Positions 28,631 through 38,757 of a stretch of 64,000 nucleotides of DNA are shown here, piece after piece. The notes under the pieces are model-generated. The model was not told the origin of the DNA and ran no database searches. It saw only the letters and a program-made list of their open reading frames with translations. Made by a program: the position numbers and the translations under genes. The DNA comes from Aquificaceae bacterium (GTDB lineage: Bacteria > Aquificota > Aquificia > Aquificales > Aquificaceae): NCBI GenBank assembly GCA_037924335.1, contig JAXSMZ010000003.1, forward strand, positions 32,102-96,101. Direction: 5' to 3'. Every line of letters begins with the position of its first letter. The first letter of the stretch is position 1.

Positions 28631-29151
28631 ACCTTGCAAGGAAGTTAGCCAAAAAGCTCATAAGCAGCCTTCCCAAGGAGAAAAAGACCATGGTCCAAGC
28701 TTCTGACTTCTTGGACCTTTTATCAAAGCTCTACAGAAGGGAAAAAGAGTTTAGGGATTTTATGCTCAACCCTCTTATACCTGTTGACAAAAAGAAGGCT
28801 TACATGGAAAACCTAAGGGGAAAGTTTGGTCTAACCAAGGACATAGATAAGGTTATGCACTTACTTGTGGAGGTTGGAGCCTTCCCAATGATAGAAGAGA
28901 TAAAGAGATTATACGACCGTGAGATGGAAAACCTTCTTAAGTTGGCCAAAGCATACCTTTTTCTTGCGAAGGATGCAGATATGGTTCAGGTTGAAAGGAT
29001 AAAGAATGTTCTCAGTAAGCTTGTTGGAAGGGACCTTGAGTTTGAAGTTAGAGAGGACCCTTCGCTGATCGGTGGCTTTGTTGTGAAAACAGCCAGCTTT
29101 GTGTTGGATACTTCTGTAAAAAGGAACCTTGAAAAGGTATTGAGGGAATGA
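28615..29151 (+). CDS. atpH: ATP synthase F1 subunit delta
   Basis: NP.IP...K, DPSLIGG, D.SV. Confidence 0.9.
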   Translation: MQKNVDLARKLAKKLISSLPKEKKTMVQASDFLDLLSKLYRREKEFRDFMLNPLIPVDKKKAYMENLRGKFGLTKDIDKVMHLLVEVGAFPMIEEIKRLYDREMENLLKLAKAYLFLAKDADMVQVERIKNVLSKLVGRDLEFEVREDPSLIGGFVVKTASFVLDTSVKRNLEKVLRE

Positions 29152-29576
29152 GCATGGAAAGGACATTGGTAATAATAAAGCCCGATGCTTTCGAAATGGG
29201 TGCCACTGGAAAGATAATAGATATATTCCTGTCACAAGGACTTAGCTTGAGAGCTATGAAGCTCCTTAGGTTTACCAAAGAGCAGGCAGAGAACTTTTAC
29301 ATAGTGCATAGAGAGAGGAGTTTTTACAGAGAGCTTGTGGATTTTATGACATCTGGTCCAATAGTGGCATGCATATTGGAAGGGGAAAATGCTATAAAAA
29401 GAGTGAGGGACCTGATAGGTCCAACGGATAGCCAGGAAGCAAGAAAAACAGCTCCAAACTCTATAAGGGCTCTCTTTGGTACAGACAAAGGGAAAAATGC
29501 CATACATGCCTCGGATTCAAAGGAATCTGCAGATTACGAGATACCCTTTGTATTTTCCCAGCTTGAAATAGTATGA
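29148..29576 (+). CDS. ndk: Nucleoside diphosphate kinase
   Basis: ERTLVIIKPD, MTSGP, NAIHASDS. Confidence 0.97.
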   Translation: MSMERTLVIIKPDAFEMGATGKIIDIFLSQGLSLRAMKLLRFTKEQAENFYIVHRERSFYRELVDFMTSGPIVACILEGENAIKRVRDLIGPTDSQEARKTAPNSIRALFGTDKGKNAIHASDSKESADYEIPFVFSQLEIV

Positions 29577-29621
29577 TGGATCCCTCTTCTCCTTTGGAAT
29601 GGTCTCTTAAATTTAAAAACC

Positions 29622-30476
29622 ATGGAGTATATGAGAGTTTTTTTAAACACCTTCTATGGTTATGCCGTAGAGATAGTACCTTACTTTGTTCTGGCAGCGC
29701 TGATAACTTCCATAATACAAACCTATGTGAGCCTTTCCTGGTTGAGGAAGGCATTAAAGAATGAAAAGACAGCGCCTATCTTTACCGGTTTTTTAGGTGG
29801 TTTACTTCCTGTCTGTTCCTGTTCTATGATACCAGTAGCTAACCTTATAAACAACTTTTCAAGGACGTACGCACCAGTTCTAGCTTTTTTGGTCGTTGCT
29901 CCAGTGGTCTCTCCTATAACTGTAACGCTCACCTTTGCTTTCTTTGGACTTGAGATGACGCTTTTCAGAGTTTTTGGCGTGTTTCTTTTTGCTATACTTT
30001 TAGCTTACAGCGTAGGTATGTTCTATAAAAAGGAAAGAGCAATACCTCTTCTTGGAGGATTCAGCGGTACGGAGAGTAAAGGTAATGTTTTTTTAAAATC
30101 CTTTAAATTCACTCTTTTATCAACTGGTAAGTACCTACTGTTGGGAATATTTATAGCAGCCCTGATAAAAGCCTTTCTGCCAATGGAGCTTGTCAGCTAT
30201 GTAGCAGGCACACCCCTTTCTTATCCTCTCATAGCTCTTGTTTCTGTACCTGTATATGTTTGTTCTGGGGAGGATGTACCCATAGCAAAGGCTCTTTTGC
30301 AGGTAGGTTTCACTCATGGAAACGCACTCACCTTCATGCTTGGTGGCAGTGGCATATGCGTACCAACGATATTGGCCACAATGAGCTTTTTACCCAAGAG
30401 GATAGTTCTTGTGTACACCGTTTCTTGTTTTTTTATGTCGTGGTTAGCGGGTCTCTTGTTCGATCTATTGTTTTAG
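29622..30476 (+). CDS. ArsP/DUF318-family permease
   Basis: PVCSCSMIP and YVCSG motifs; multiple TM helices. Confidence 0.85.
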   Translation: MEYMRVFLNTFYGYAVEIVPYFVLAALITSIIQTYVSLSWLRKALKNEKTAPIFTGFLGGLLPVCSCSMIPVANLINNFSRTYAPVLAFLVVAPVVSPITVTLTFAFFGLEMTLFRVFGVFLFAILLAYSVGMFYKKERAIPLLGGFSGTESKGNVFLKSFKFTLLSTGKYLLLGIFIAALIKAFLPMELVSYVAGTPLSYPLIALVSVPVYVCSGEDVPIAKALLQVGFTHGNALTFMLGGSGICVPTILATMSFLPKRIVLVYTVSCFFMSWLAGLLFDLLF

Positions 30477-30507
30477 TATATACTATATTGTAAAATAGGA
30501 GGGAAAA

Positions 30508-30861
30508 ATGGACAAGTATATGCAGGTGCTTCAGGAGCTCATAAAAAGCAGCGGGTTAGAAGGTGCTTCTTTATTTTCTGCTGATGGACTTCCCATATCC
30601 TCTGTTCTCAAGCCTGGCTTTGAAGAGGATAGATTGGCTGCCATGAGTGCTGCCATTCTATCCCTAGGTGAGAGAGTTTCAGAAGAGTTAGCAAAAGGTA
30701 CGCTTGAGCAGATAACTATTAAGGGGCACAATGGGTACGTCATTCTAACTGGCGTTGGTCAGGACGCTGTTATGGTAGTGCTTGCTGACAATAACGCCAA
30801 GTTAGGGCTTTTGCTCATGGAGATAAAGAAAGCCCAACAAAAGTTGAAAGAGATGATATAA
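30508..30861 (+). CDS. Roadblock/LC7 (MglB-like) protein
   Basis: SADGL, LAAMSAA, G..GY, AKLGL. Confidence 0.9.
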   Translation: MDKYMQVLQELIKSSGLEGASLFSADGLPISSVLKPGFEEDRLAAMSAAILSLGERVSEELAKGTLEQITIKGHNGYVILTGVGQDAVMVVLADNNAKLGLLLMEIKKAQQKLKEMI

Positions 30862-31554
30862 ATGGTTCTCACTGGTGACCTTAGCACCTTTAGCTTTGTG
30901 GATATATTTCAAGTACTTGCAAAGGACAGGAAGAGCGGTATTCTGATCATAGAATGGCAGGATTTTACAGTATCTTATTACGTTAAGGACGGAGAGATAG
31001 TCTTTGCAAGACCCGTAGACAGAATATTTAGAGTTTATGCAGAGAGAGATTTTGACCATCTTATAGATAAGCTGAGGATATCAAAGGAGAACCTTCCAAA
31101 GACTGTAGAGATATTTCTTATAAACAGGTTGGATGCTAAGGATGGTATTTTTTCTTTCACACCAGGTTTTATAAGCTATAACTCCGAGTTACCCATTAAA
31201 TACCCAATAGAAAAGCTCATAATGTATGCTTCGAGACTTCTGAGTCCTGAGGAGGTTGAGAGAAAGATATCCGATGAGATGCTTGTGTTTGAAAGTCTTC
31301 CAAATAACACAGGGAAAAAGGAAAGAGCTGAGCTATCGCAGGAGGAGAGTAAAGTTCTGTCGCTCGTTGACGGTGAAAGAAATGTTTTAGACATAAGGCG
31401 TCAATCTGGACTTGATAATCTCACAGTGGACAGGGCCTTGTACGGTTTTTTAGCGTTGGGTGTAATAAGAAGGAAGAAAAGGGAAAGGAAGCAAAAGCCA
31501 TCTATAACCCTTGAGCTACTTGCCAAGATCATTGAGAAGATAAAGGGGATGTAA
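30862..31554 (+). CDS. DUF4388 (PATAN-like) plus winged-helix protein
   Basis: LTGDL..FS..DIFQ.L...KSG.L; VL.LVDG.R. Confidence 0.85.
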   Translation: MVLTGDLSTFSFVDIFQVLAKDRKSGILIIEWQDFTVSYYVKDGEIVFARPVDRIFRVYAERDFDHLIDKLRISKENLPKTVEIFLINRLDAKDGIFSFTPGFISYNSELPIKYPIEKLIMYASRLLSPEEVERKISDEMLVFESLPNNTGKKERAELSQEESKVLSLVDGERNVLDIRRQSGLDNLTVDRALYGFLALGVIRRKKRERKQKPSITLELLAKIIEKIKGM

Positions 31555-32102
31555 TGAAGGCCATAAAGAAGATAAAGATAGTTATAGCCGGACCTTTCGC
31601 TGCAGGTAAGACACAGTTTATAAACACGGTGAGTGATATAAAGACGGTGAAAACAGAAAGAAAAACGAGCTTATCTGGGGAGAAAGGTATAAAGGACCAT
31701 ACCACTGTAGCCATGGATTTTGGGAAGATAAAGATAGATGATGAGCATGAGCTTTACCTTTTTGGTACCCCTGGACAGTCCAGGTTTGACTTTATGTGGG
31801 ATATACTAGGGGAGGGTGCTCTTGGTATCATACTTCTGGTTGATAGCAGAGACCCATCAACTTTTAACGAGGCGAGAAGGATAATAAACTTCTTCCAATC
31901 AAGGTTCCCAGTACCTATGGTTGTTGGCGCAAACAAGCAGGACCTTCCAAACGCATGGCCTCCAGAAGATATAATGACAGCCTTAGATATTGACAAAGAT
32001 GAAGGTATACCAGTTCTTCCTCTCTCTGCTCTCAATAAAGAGGATGTGAAGAGAGTGCTTTTACACCTTCTGGAAATGATAAGGCAAGAGCTTTCGAGCT
32101 AA
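31554..32102 (+). CDS. MglA/CvnD-like small GTPase
   Basis: GPFAAGKT, TTVAMDFG, FGTPGQ.RF, NKQD, SA. Confidence 0.9.
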   Translation: MKAIKKIKIVIAGPFAAGKTQFINTVSDIKTVKTERKTSLSGEKGIKDHTTVAMDFGKIKIDDEHELYLFGTPGQSRFDFMWDILGEGALGIILLVDSRDPSTFNEARRIINFFQSRFPVPMVVGANKQDLPNAWPPEDIMTALDIDKDEGIPVLPLSALNKEDVKRVLLHLLEMIRQELSS

Positions 32103-33121
32103 GGGAATAAAGCCCTCTTTTCTATTCCAACAGTCTCTTCTATGCTCATCATGATGTTCATACTCTGTACAGCCTGTCCAGAAGCCCCCTTCCCTAAGTT
32201 ATCTATAGTGCTCACAATCGTAGCAACACCTGTCCTTTCATCGTAATAGGGAAAGATAAAACACAGATTTGTTCCCAAGACATACTTAGTCATGGGTGGA
32301 TTGCTTACTATCTTTACGTAATTCTCTTCTCTGTAAATTTCAACAAAGAGTTCCAAAAGGTCTAACTTTTCCATATAGACGTAAGTTGTTGAGAGCATCC
32401 CCCTAGACATGGGAACAACCTTAGGAGTGAACCTAATGGAAACCTTCCTTCCAGAAACCCTTTCTATTACATCTTCAATTTCTGGCGTATGCCTGTGTTT
32501 TGAAACTGAGTATGCAAAGGCGTTCTGTTCCATCTCCGGGTAATGAAAAGACTGGGCTGTCCTTCTGCCAGCCCCGGAGACTCCAGATACAGCATCGATT
32601 ATGACCTTCTCAAAGCTAACTTTAGCTTTCAAGAGTGGATAAAGACTGAGAAGGGCAGCAGTAGGATAACATCCTGGATTTGAAACTATGTCTGCGCCTT
32701 TTATGCTATCTCTGAAGACCTCTGGAAGACCGTAAACTGCCCTCTCAAGGATAGAAGGATACTTATGCTCAAAGCCGTAAAATGCGGGATAAAGGGATGC
32801 ATTCCTTATTCTGTACGCACCAGAGAGGTCTATGACCTTTTTACCCATGCTAAGAAGATTGGGTACAAGCTCAAGGGAGGCATCGTGTGGAAGACAGAGA
32901 AAAGCCAGATCAAATTCTTCATCAGGTTCTTCCACCAATGGCCTTTGGGATACGTACCAATCAGAAAAGTAAGGGAAGAGGTCAGAAATATACTTGCCTT
33001 TGTATGTTTGCGAAGTTAATGAAACTACTCTTACGTACGGGTGGTTTGAGAGTATTCTCAGGAGCTCTATGCCTGTATAGCCAGTTGCACCATAGATGCA
33101 TACCCTCAGCGTTTGCTCCAT
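32099..33121 (-). CDS. argC: N-acetyl-gamma-glutamyl-phosphate reductase
   Basis: GATGYTG, NPGCY, SGVSGAG, HRHTPE, DNLGKGA. Confidence 0.97.
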   Translation of the reverse strand: MEQTLRVCIYGATGYTGIELLRILSNHPYVRVVSLTSQTYKGKYISDLFPYFSDWYVSQRPLVEEPDEEFDLAFLCLPHDASLELVPNLLSMGKKVIDLSGAYRIRNASLYPAFYGFEHKYPSILERAVYGLPEVFRDSIKGADIVSNPGCYPTAALLSLYPLLKAKVSFEKVIIDAVSGVSGAGRRTAQSFHYPEMEQNAFAYSVSKHRHTPEIEDVIERVSGRKVSIRFTPKVVPMSRGMLSTTYVYMEKLDLLELFVEIYREENYVKIVSNPPMTKYVLGTNLCFIFPYYDERTGVATIVSTIDNLGKGASGQAVQSMNIMMSIEETVGIEKRALFP

Positions 33122-33546
33122 CTATAGCCTTTGCGTGCCTTCATAAGACCGTACTTCTTCCTTTCTTTCTCCCTTGCATCCCTCTTTAGCAATCCTGCTC
33201 TCTTAAGTGATTGTCTTATATCTGGGTTATACTTGAGAAGGGCCCTTGCTACGCCGTACATAATGGCTTCTGCCTGGCCAGATATGCCACCACCCTCTAC
33301 CGTTGCATAGACCCCAAACTTACCGTCAAACCCAGCAACTCTGAAGGGATAGAGAACTTTCTGGAAGAGAGCTTCCCTTTGCAAGTAATCCTTTAGATTG
33401 AACTCCTTCCCACTATCTTTGGACTTTACCACCATCTTGTCTGTGTTCCTAAGAAGCCAAACCCTTGCTATGCTCTCCTTTCTTCTCCCCGTTCCATAGT
33501 AAGCATTATCAAAGCCAATTTTAAAATCCTTCAGCTTTTTTATCAT
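33106..33546 (-). CDS. rpsI: 30S ribosomal protein S9
   Basis: [23 protein letters not shown]...SKR. Confidence 0.98.
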   Translation of the reverse strand: MIKKLKDFKIGFDNAYYGTGRRKESIARVWLLRNTDKMVVKSKDSGKEFNLKDYLQREALFQKVLYPFRVAGFDGKFGVYATVEGGGISGQAEAIMYGVARALLKYNPDIRQSLKRAGLLKRDAREKERKKYGLMKARKGYRWSKR

Positions 33547-33977
33547 ACCTTTACCTCCATTACTTCTGGCTTTTGAGCCAGATGGGGATGTTCTGAGCTT
33601 CTGTATACTTTTAGTCTCTTCACCATTCTATGTCCGAGCCTATTTTTTGGAAGCATCCTTTTAACAGCAAGCTCTATGACCTCTTCTGGCTTGTTTTTTA
33701 TCATCCATTCTAGGCTCCTATCCTTTAAGCCACCAGGATAATTGCTGTGAAAGTGGTAAACTTTTTGATGAAGCTTTTTCCCAGTAATGCCCACTTTATC
33801 TGCGTTTATGACAATCACAAAGTCTCCACAATCTACATCCTGCTGATAGTAAGGCTTGTGCTTTCCTCTTAGCACCTTGGCTATCTCGGAGGCGAGCCTA
33901 CCGAGACTTTTATCCTTTGCATCAACTACCCACCATTTCCTTTCTATATTCTCCTCTTTTACCCTGTAAGTTTTCAT
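33543..33977 (-). CDS. rplM: 50S ribosomal protein L13
   Basis: LGRLAS, GKHKP, DCGD.V..INA, MLPKN. Confidence 0.98.
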   Translation of the reverse strand: MKTYRVKEENIERKWWVVDAKDKSLGRLASEIAKVLRGKHKPYYQQDVDCGDFVIVINADKVGITGKKLHQKVYHFHSNYPGGLKDRSLEWMIKNKPEEVIELAVKRMLPKNRLGHRMVKRLKVYRSSEHPHLAQKPEVMEVKV

Positions 33978-34058
33978 TTCCTTCTCCTATTTTGGATTTT
34001 TAGGAGTTATATTATAACCTCTGTTTTGAGAAAAGGCAATACTATAAAATGATCCTTC

Positions 34059-34823
34059 ATGCGTTTGGTCTATGTTCTTTATCAGCTCATAAAGAGGGAT
34101 ATAAAAATAGCCTTTGCTGGTTCTATGTTCGGTACTGTATGGATGTTCCTAAACCCTCTTCTTACCATGGGTGTTTTTTACATCATATTCCAGCATATAG
34201 TGAATGCAAGATTTCCCCAAGAGGCCACATACGGTGCAAGCTATACTGTTTATCTTCTTACGGGTCTTGCCTTTTGGAATGGTTTTACTCAGTCGCTGAC
34301 CAAGGGGATGAACTCTCTTCTGGACAACGCCTTTATACTAAAAAAGACATCCATATCCCCCTACCTTTTTCTTATAGCTTCCACCATCACTGGTTTTATA
34401 TACGCTTTTGTATCTCTAAGCTATGCACTTTTAATTCATAACTTTCCTAACAGCCTTAAGAGTTTCCCTTTGGTTCTTGTTTCTTTGGCTGTGGAGCTAA
34501 TATTTGTCTTGGGGCTAGTTTTCTTTCTGGGAAGTCTCTGCGTTTACGTAAGAGATATATCCCAGATAGTTTCTACCTTTCTCAGCTTTATATTCTATTC
34601 TCTTCCCATAATATACCCTGCTTCCTATGTACCAGACTCTCTGAAACCTTTCCTCCTTTTCAACCCTCTCTATTACATACTCAGAAATGTTCAAACTTCC
34701 TTACTTTTGGGGCATGTTCAGATAGGAGAGTTTTTAATATCCTCTATTGTATCGCTGTTAACGCTGTTTATCGGTTTATTCTTTTACAAACTTCTCAGAA
34801 GGGGTTTTTATGATGTGCTTTAG
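34059..34823 (+). CDS. ABC-2 type polysaccharide export permease (Wzm-like)
   Basis: RDIK...GS..G..W..LNP, RD..Q, PIIYP, NPL, FYDVL end. Confidence 0.88.
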   Translation: MRLVYVLYQLIKRDIKIAFAGSMFGTVWMFLNPLLTMGVFYIIFQHIVNARFPQEATYGASYTVYLLTGLAFWNGFTQSLTKGMNSLLDNAFILKKTSISPYLFLIASTITGFIYAFVSLSYALLIHNFPNSLKSFPLVLVSLAVELIFVLGLVFFLGSLCVYVRDISQIVSTFLSFIFYSLPIIYPASYVPDSLKPFLLFNPLYYILRNVQTSLLLGHVQIGEFLISSIVSLLTLFIGLFFYKLLRRGFYDVL

Positions 34824-34907
34824 CTTTTTATAAATGACTTTCCTCATCTTGAAACATTTTGAGAACTCTTTTAATATGATTGCAAAACTTAATAAGGAGG
34901 ATTTAAC

Positions 34908-35420
34908 ATGGCAAAGACGGTTACTCTAAAGGGAAATCCTGTAACGCTGGCAGGACCAGAGTTAAAGGTAGGAGACGATGCCCCACAAGCTACAGTTGTA
35001 ACAAAAGACCTTCAAGAAAAGACCATTGGAGGTTCAAAGGGCATTCTGCAAGTTATAATAACCGTTCCCTCTCTTGATACACCTGTGTGTGAAACAGAAA
35101 CGAAGAAGTTCAATGAGTTGATCTCTGGTATTGACAACGTAGATGTTACTGTTGTATCTATGGACCTTCCTTTTGCAGAAAAGAGGTTCTGCGATAGCTT
35201 CAACATAGGTAACTTAACTGTGGCTTCAGACTTCAGATACAGAGATATGGAAAAGTACGGTGTCCTGATAGCCGAAGGAGCTCTCAAAGGCATACTGGCA
35301 AGGGCAGTCTTCGTGGTGGACAAAAATGGAAAGATAGCCTATACTCAGCTTGTCCCAGAGATATCTCAAGAGCCCAACTATGAGGAGGTCGTATCCAAGG
35401 TAAGAGAACTTGTGGGATAA
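34908..35420 (+). CDS. tpx: Thiol peroxidase
   Basis: PSLDTPVC, SMDLPFA..RFC, ARAVFV, EPNY. Confidence 0.96.
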   Translation: MAKTVTLKGNPVTLAGPELKVGDDAPQATVVTKDLQEKTIGGSKGILQVIITVPSLDTPVCETETKKFNELISGIDNVDVTVVSMDLPFAEKRFCDSFNIGNLTVASDFRYRDMEKYGVLIAEGALKGILARAVFVVDKNGKIAYTQLVPEISQEPNYEEVVSKVRELVG

Positions 35421-35432
35421 AATATATTCTTT

Positions 35433-35843
35433 ATGAAAGAAAAGATAGTTAGGTTCTGTGTCTCTTTGCCCGTAGATTTGCTCGAGGAACTTGATAAAAA
35501 GATAATAGAAAAAGGATACTCTTCAAGGTCTGAGCTCGTTAGGGACCTCATAAGAGAGCTTCTAGTGGAGTACAAGTGGCAGGGGGAGGAGGAAGTTATA
35601 GGAGTACTTACGATAATATACAACCATCACCAGAAGGAGTTAAATCGGAGAATGCTGGAGATTCAACATGACCATTATGTGAAAGTTCTATGCAGTACAC
35701 ACATCCACCTTGACCATCACAACTGCTTGGAGAATATCGTACTGAAGGGGAATCCTGAGGAGATAGAAAGCCTGTCTATAAAGATCGGGGGATTGAAAGG
35801 TGTGAAGTTTGCAAAACTAACAAAGACAGCATCCGTTGTATAA
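35433..35843 (+). CDS. nikR: Nickel-responsive regulator
   Basis: RHH N-terminus (RF.VS, SRSE..RD), [11 protein letters not shown]. Confidence 0.95.
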   Translation: MKEKIVRFCVSLPVDLLEELDKKIIEKGYSSRSELVRDLIRELLVEYKWQGEEEVIGVLTIIYNHHQKELNRRMLEIQHDHYVKVLCSTHIHLDHHNCLENIVLKGNPEEIESLSIKIGGLKGVKFAKLTKTASVV

Positions 35844-36723
35844 TCATCTCATGCTTCTTTTCAAAGAGTGGATTACCTTCATAGATAAGGTGAGGGAATT
35901 TTTTAGAGAAAAAGGGTACTTAGAGGTTTGTACAAGCATTCTACAGTCCTACCCCAACATAGACACATACGTGGAACCTATGAATGTAGAGCTAAACGGC
36001 AAAAGATTTTGGCTCAGAACCTCTCCAGAGAACGCCATGAAAAAGCTCATAGGCAAGTACAGGGAGGACATCTTTCAGATAGGTAAAGTCTTCAGAAAAG
36101 ACCCTTACGGAAGGTTGCACAGACCTGAGTTTACAATGCTTGAATGGTACAAAATGGGAGAAGGTCACAGCTATCTTATAGAAGAGATGGCTGAGCTTCT
36201 AAACTATCTTGGTTTATCTTCATCCTATGAAGTTATATCCATCGAGCGTGCTTTTGAAGAGTACTCGGGTATAGTCCTATCCGAGGATGAAGAGGTCTTC
36301 AAAAACAACCTTCTGGCTTACGGATATGAGTTTGACGACAGCGAGGATTGGGAAACTCTTTTTTATAGAATATACATAGATATAGAGAGAAAGCTTGGGC
36401 ACGATGCTCCTACCTTTCTGACACCTTTTCCTTCGAGGCTAAGTGCCTATGCACAGATAAAAGATGGTTATGCAGAAAGGTTTGAGCTTTACATAAGAGG
36501 AGTGGAGATAGCCAACGGTTGGACAGAAGAGACATCAAAGGAGGAGATAAAAAGAAGGATGAAAGAGTATCTTCAAGGAAGAGACCTCCCCATAGACCAA
36601 GATCTTTTGAATGCTTACGAGGACTTTCCTCCCTGTGCAGGATGTTCCATAGGTCTTGAGAGGCTTTTTATGGTTCTAAAGGGTTTTGAGAGCTTTGAGA
36701 AGCTTGAATTCTTGGATTACTGA
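35836..36723 (+). CDS. epmA: EF-P lysine aminoacylase EpmA/GenX (alternative start 35851)
   Basis: [36 protein letters not shown]; no anticodon-binding domain. Confidence 0.9.
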   Translation: MYNHLMLLFKEWITFIDKVREFFREKGYLEVCTSILQSYPNIDTYVEPMNVELNGKRFWLRTSPENAMKKLIGKYREDIFQIGKVFRKDPYGRLHRPEFTMLEWYKMGEGHSYLIEEMAELLNYLGLSSSYEVISIERAFEEYSGIVLSEDEEVFKNNLLAYGYEFDDSEDWETLFYRIYIDIERKLGHDAPTFLTPFPSRLSAYAQIKDGYAERFELYIRGVEIANGWTEETSKEEIKRRMKEYLQGRDLPIDQDLLNAYEDFPPCAGCSIGLERLFMVLKGFESFEKLEFLDY

Positions 36724-36756
36724 CTTTTCCCAAAGCCTATAAGCTTCTCTATCTAC

Positions 36757-36785
36757 TTGAAAACTATTTTTGAATATGGTATAAT
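36757..36785 (+). promoter_or_regulatory. Sigma70-type promoter of hyf/ehr cluster
   Basis: TTGAAA-17 nt-TATAAT with extended -10 TG; implies the track's TTG start at 36757 is not the real start. Confidence 0.7.
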
Positions 36786-36849
36786 TACATGTGTGAGTTC
36801 TGAAGAAACTGAACCATTACCTTTTACATCCCTTCTAAAGAGGTTTAAC

Positions 36850-38754
36850 ATGGTTATGTATTTACTTTCTATTGCAATCTTTATTTCTTTTTCTGTCTAT
36901 GGTTTATATCTGCTCTTTACAGTTCCTTCTTTTATAATAAGTTTTAATATCTCATCAATCCTTGATTTCTCCTTTGGTGGAGATGCTCTTTCAGGATTTT
37001 TTATTCTTCTTATATCTACTCTTTCAATTCCCGTATCATTTTATTCAATAGGGTATACAAAACACATTAATAATAAGTTGCTTATGGCTCTCTTGTTCAA
37101 TCTCTTTATACTTAGCATGTATGCTGTAATACTATCTCAGAACATAATAACCTTCCTTATATTCTGGGAAACCATGTCTATCATATCTTACTTTCTTGTT
37201 ACCTTTGAAAGGGATGAAAGGTCTGTTAAGGCTGGTCTTGTTTATGCGGTTATGACACATGTTGGCACTGCTTTTATCGTTATACTCTTCCTTTTACTCT
37301 ACCATTACAGTGGAAGTATGAACTTTTCAGACATAAGGAATGTTTCTCTGAATATACCAAGTGAAATAAAAGATACTGTGTTTGTTTTTGCCCTTATAGG
37401 CTTTGGTACAAAGGCTGGAATAATTCCTTTCCACACGTGGCTCCCAAGAGCTCACCCCGCAGCACCTTCCAATATTTCATCCCTTATGTCTGGTGTGATG
37501 ATAAAGACAGGGATTTATGGCTTTATAAGGGTGTGCATGGATATGCTTGGTGGTGGTTCCGAATGGTGGGGCATAACGGTGCTAATAGCGGGGGCTGTCT
37601 CTTCTGTTTTAGGCGTAATCTATGCTCTTATGGAGCATGACCTAAAAAGGCTCCTTGCCTATCATAGCATTGAAAACATAGGCATAATACTTCTGGGTAT
37701 TGGCGCTTCCATGCTTTTTAAAACCCATAGTATGTATGCTCTGGCATCCATCGCTCTTATAGCAGGGCTATATCATATCCTTAACCATGCGGTATTTAAG
37801 GGATTACTCTTTCTTAGCGCAGGTTCGGTGCTTCATTCAACGCATACAAGGGATATGGAAAAGCTGGGAGGACTTATAAAACTCATGCCTTACACAAGCC
37901 TATTCTTTCTCATAGGGTCTGTTTCCATATGTGCCCTTCCGCCCTTTAACGGTTTTGTAAGCGAGTGGCTAACTTACCAGTCCCTTCTGCTTGGTTTTAA
38001 TGTGCCTTCCATAACGGTGAAGATCATCTCTCCCCTTGGCGGTGCTGTCCTTGCGCTCACCGGTGCCCTTGCGGCAGCGTGCTTTGTAAAAGCCTTTGGC
38101 ATATCCTTCCTTGGTATGCCAAGGAGTAAGCATGCGAAAGAGGCAAAGGAGGTATCACCCTCAATGATACTTGGCATGGCTATACTTGCAGTCTTATGCC
38201 TTCTTCTGGGTATATTTCCTGGCACCGTATCAAATATCATAGCTCCCGCATCTTCCATAATCAGTGGCTCTTATGGCCTGCATTCTTATAAGGGCTTAAT
38301 CCTTATAAAGGAAACTGGCTCGGGGTTATCATCTGGCTTTGTGCTTGCAACTATGATAATCGTAAGCCTTGCTGTCATACTCTTTATATACATAGCAGGA
38401 GGTAAGAAGAGGGTAAGGTATGGTGATTCTTGGGACTGTGGCATACCTTCTCTCACTCCTAGAATGCAATATTCAGCTACTGGTTTCACAAAACCCATAA
38501 GGATGATCTTTAAGAGGATATACCTTCCAAGGAGAGAAATATCTGTCTCTTATATTGTAAAACCCTTCTTTGTTAAGTCCATAAAATATAAAAGCGAGAT
38601 AACGCCCTTTTTTGAAAAATACATTTATGAACCTGGTGTGCTGTTTATACACAGGCTTGCAAGCAAGATGAGGCTTCTCCAGTCAGGAAGCCTTCACCTT
38701 TATCTTGGCTACATATTAATAACACTCATTGTACTTTTGATATTTGGGGTGTAA
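36850..38754 (+). CDS. hyfB: HyfB/EhrA-like antiporter-type membrane subunit
   Basis: FWE.MS, GFGTKAG, WLPRAHPAAP, LKRLLAYHSIENIG, PPFNGFVSEW, WDCG. Confidence 0.88.
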   Translation: MVMYLLSIAIFISFSVYGLYLLFTVPSFIISFNISSILDFSFGGDALSGFFILLISTLSIPVSFYSIGYTKHINNKLLMALLFNLFILSMYAVILSQNIITFLIFWETMSIISYFLVTFERDERSVKAGLVYAVMTHVGTAFIVILFLLLYHYSGSMNFSDIRNVSLNIPSEIKDTVFVFALIGFGTKAGIIPFHTWLPRAHPAAPSNISSLMSGVMIKTGIYGFIRVCMDMLGGGSEWWGITVLIAGAVSSVLGVIYALMEHDLKRLLAYHSIENIGIILLGIGASMLFKTHSMYALASIALIAGLYHILNHAVFKGLLFLSAGSVLHSTHTRDMEKLGGLIKLMPYTSLFFLIGSVSICALPPFNGFVSEWLTYQSLLLGFNVPSITVKIISPLGGAVLALTGALAAACFVKAFGISFLGMPRSKHAKEAKEVSPSMILGMAILAVLCLLLGIFPGTVSNIIAPASSIISGSYGLHSYKGLILIKETGSGLSSGFVLATMIIVSLAVILFIYIAGGKKRVRYGDSWDCGIPSLTPRMQYSATGFTKPIRMIFKRIYLPRREISVSYIVKPFFVKSIKYKSEITPFFEKYIYEPGVLFIHRLASKMRLLQSGSLHLYLGYILITLIVLLIFGV

Positions 38755-38757
38755 AAG

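Noticed and set aside
27687..29151. Fragmented ATP synthase operon as a novelty
   Set aside because: Dispersed atp genes with two b subunits are already known in Aquificae
36786..36849. Fluoride riboswitch in the leader of the hyf/ehr cluster
   Set aside because: Only a GAGTTC fragment resembles it; the GATGG...GCTGATGAC core and pseudoknot are absent
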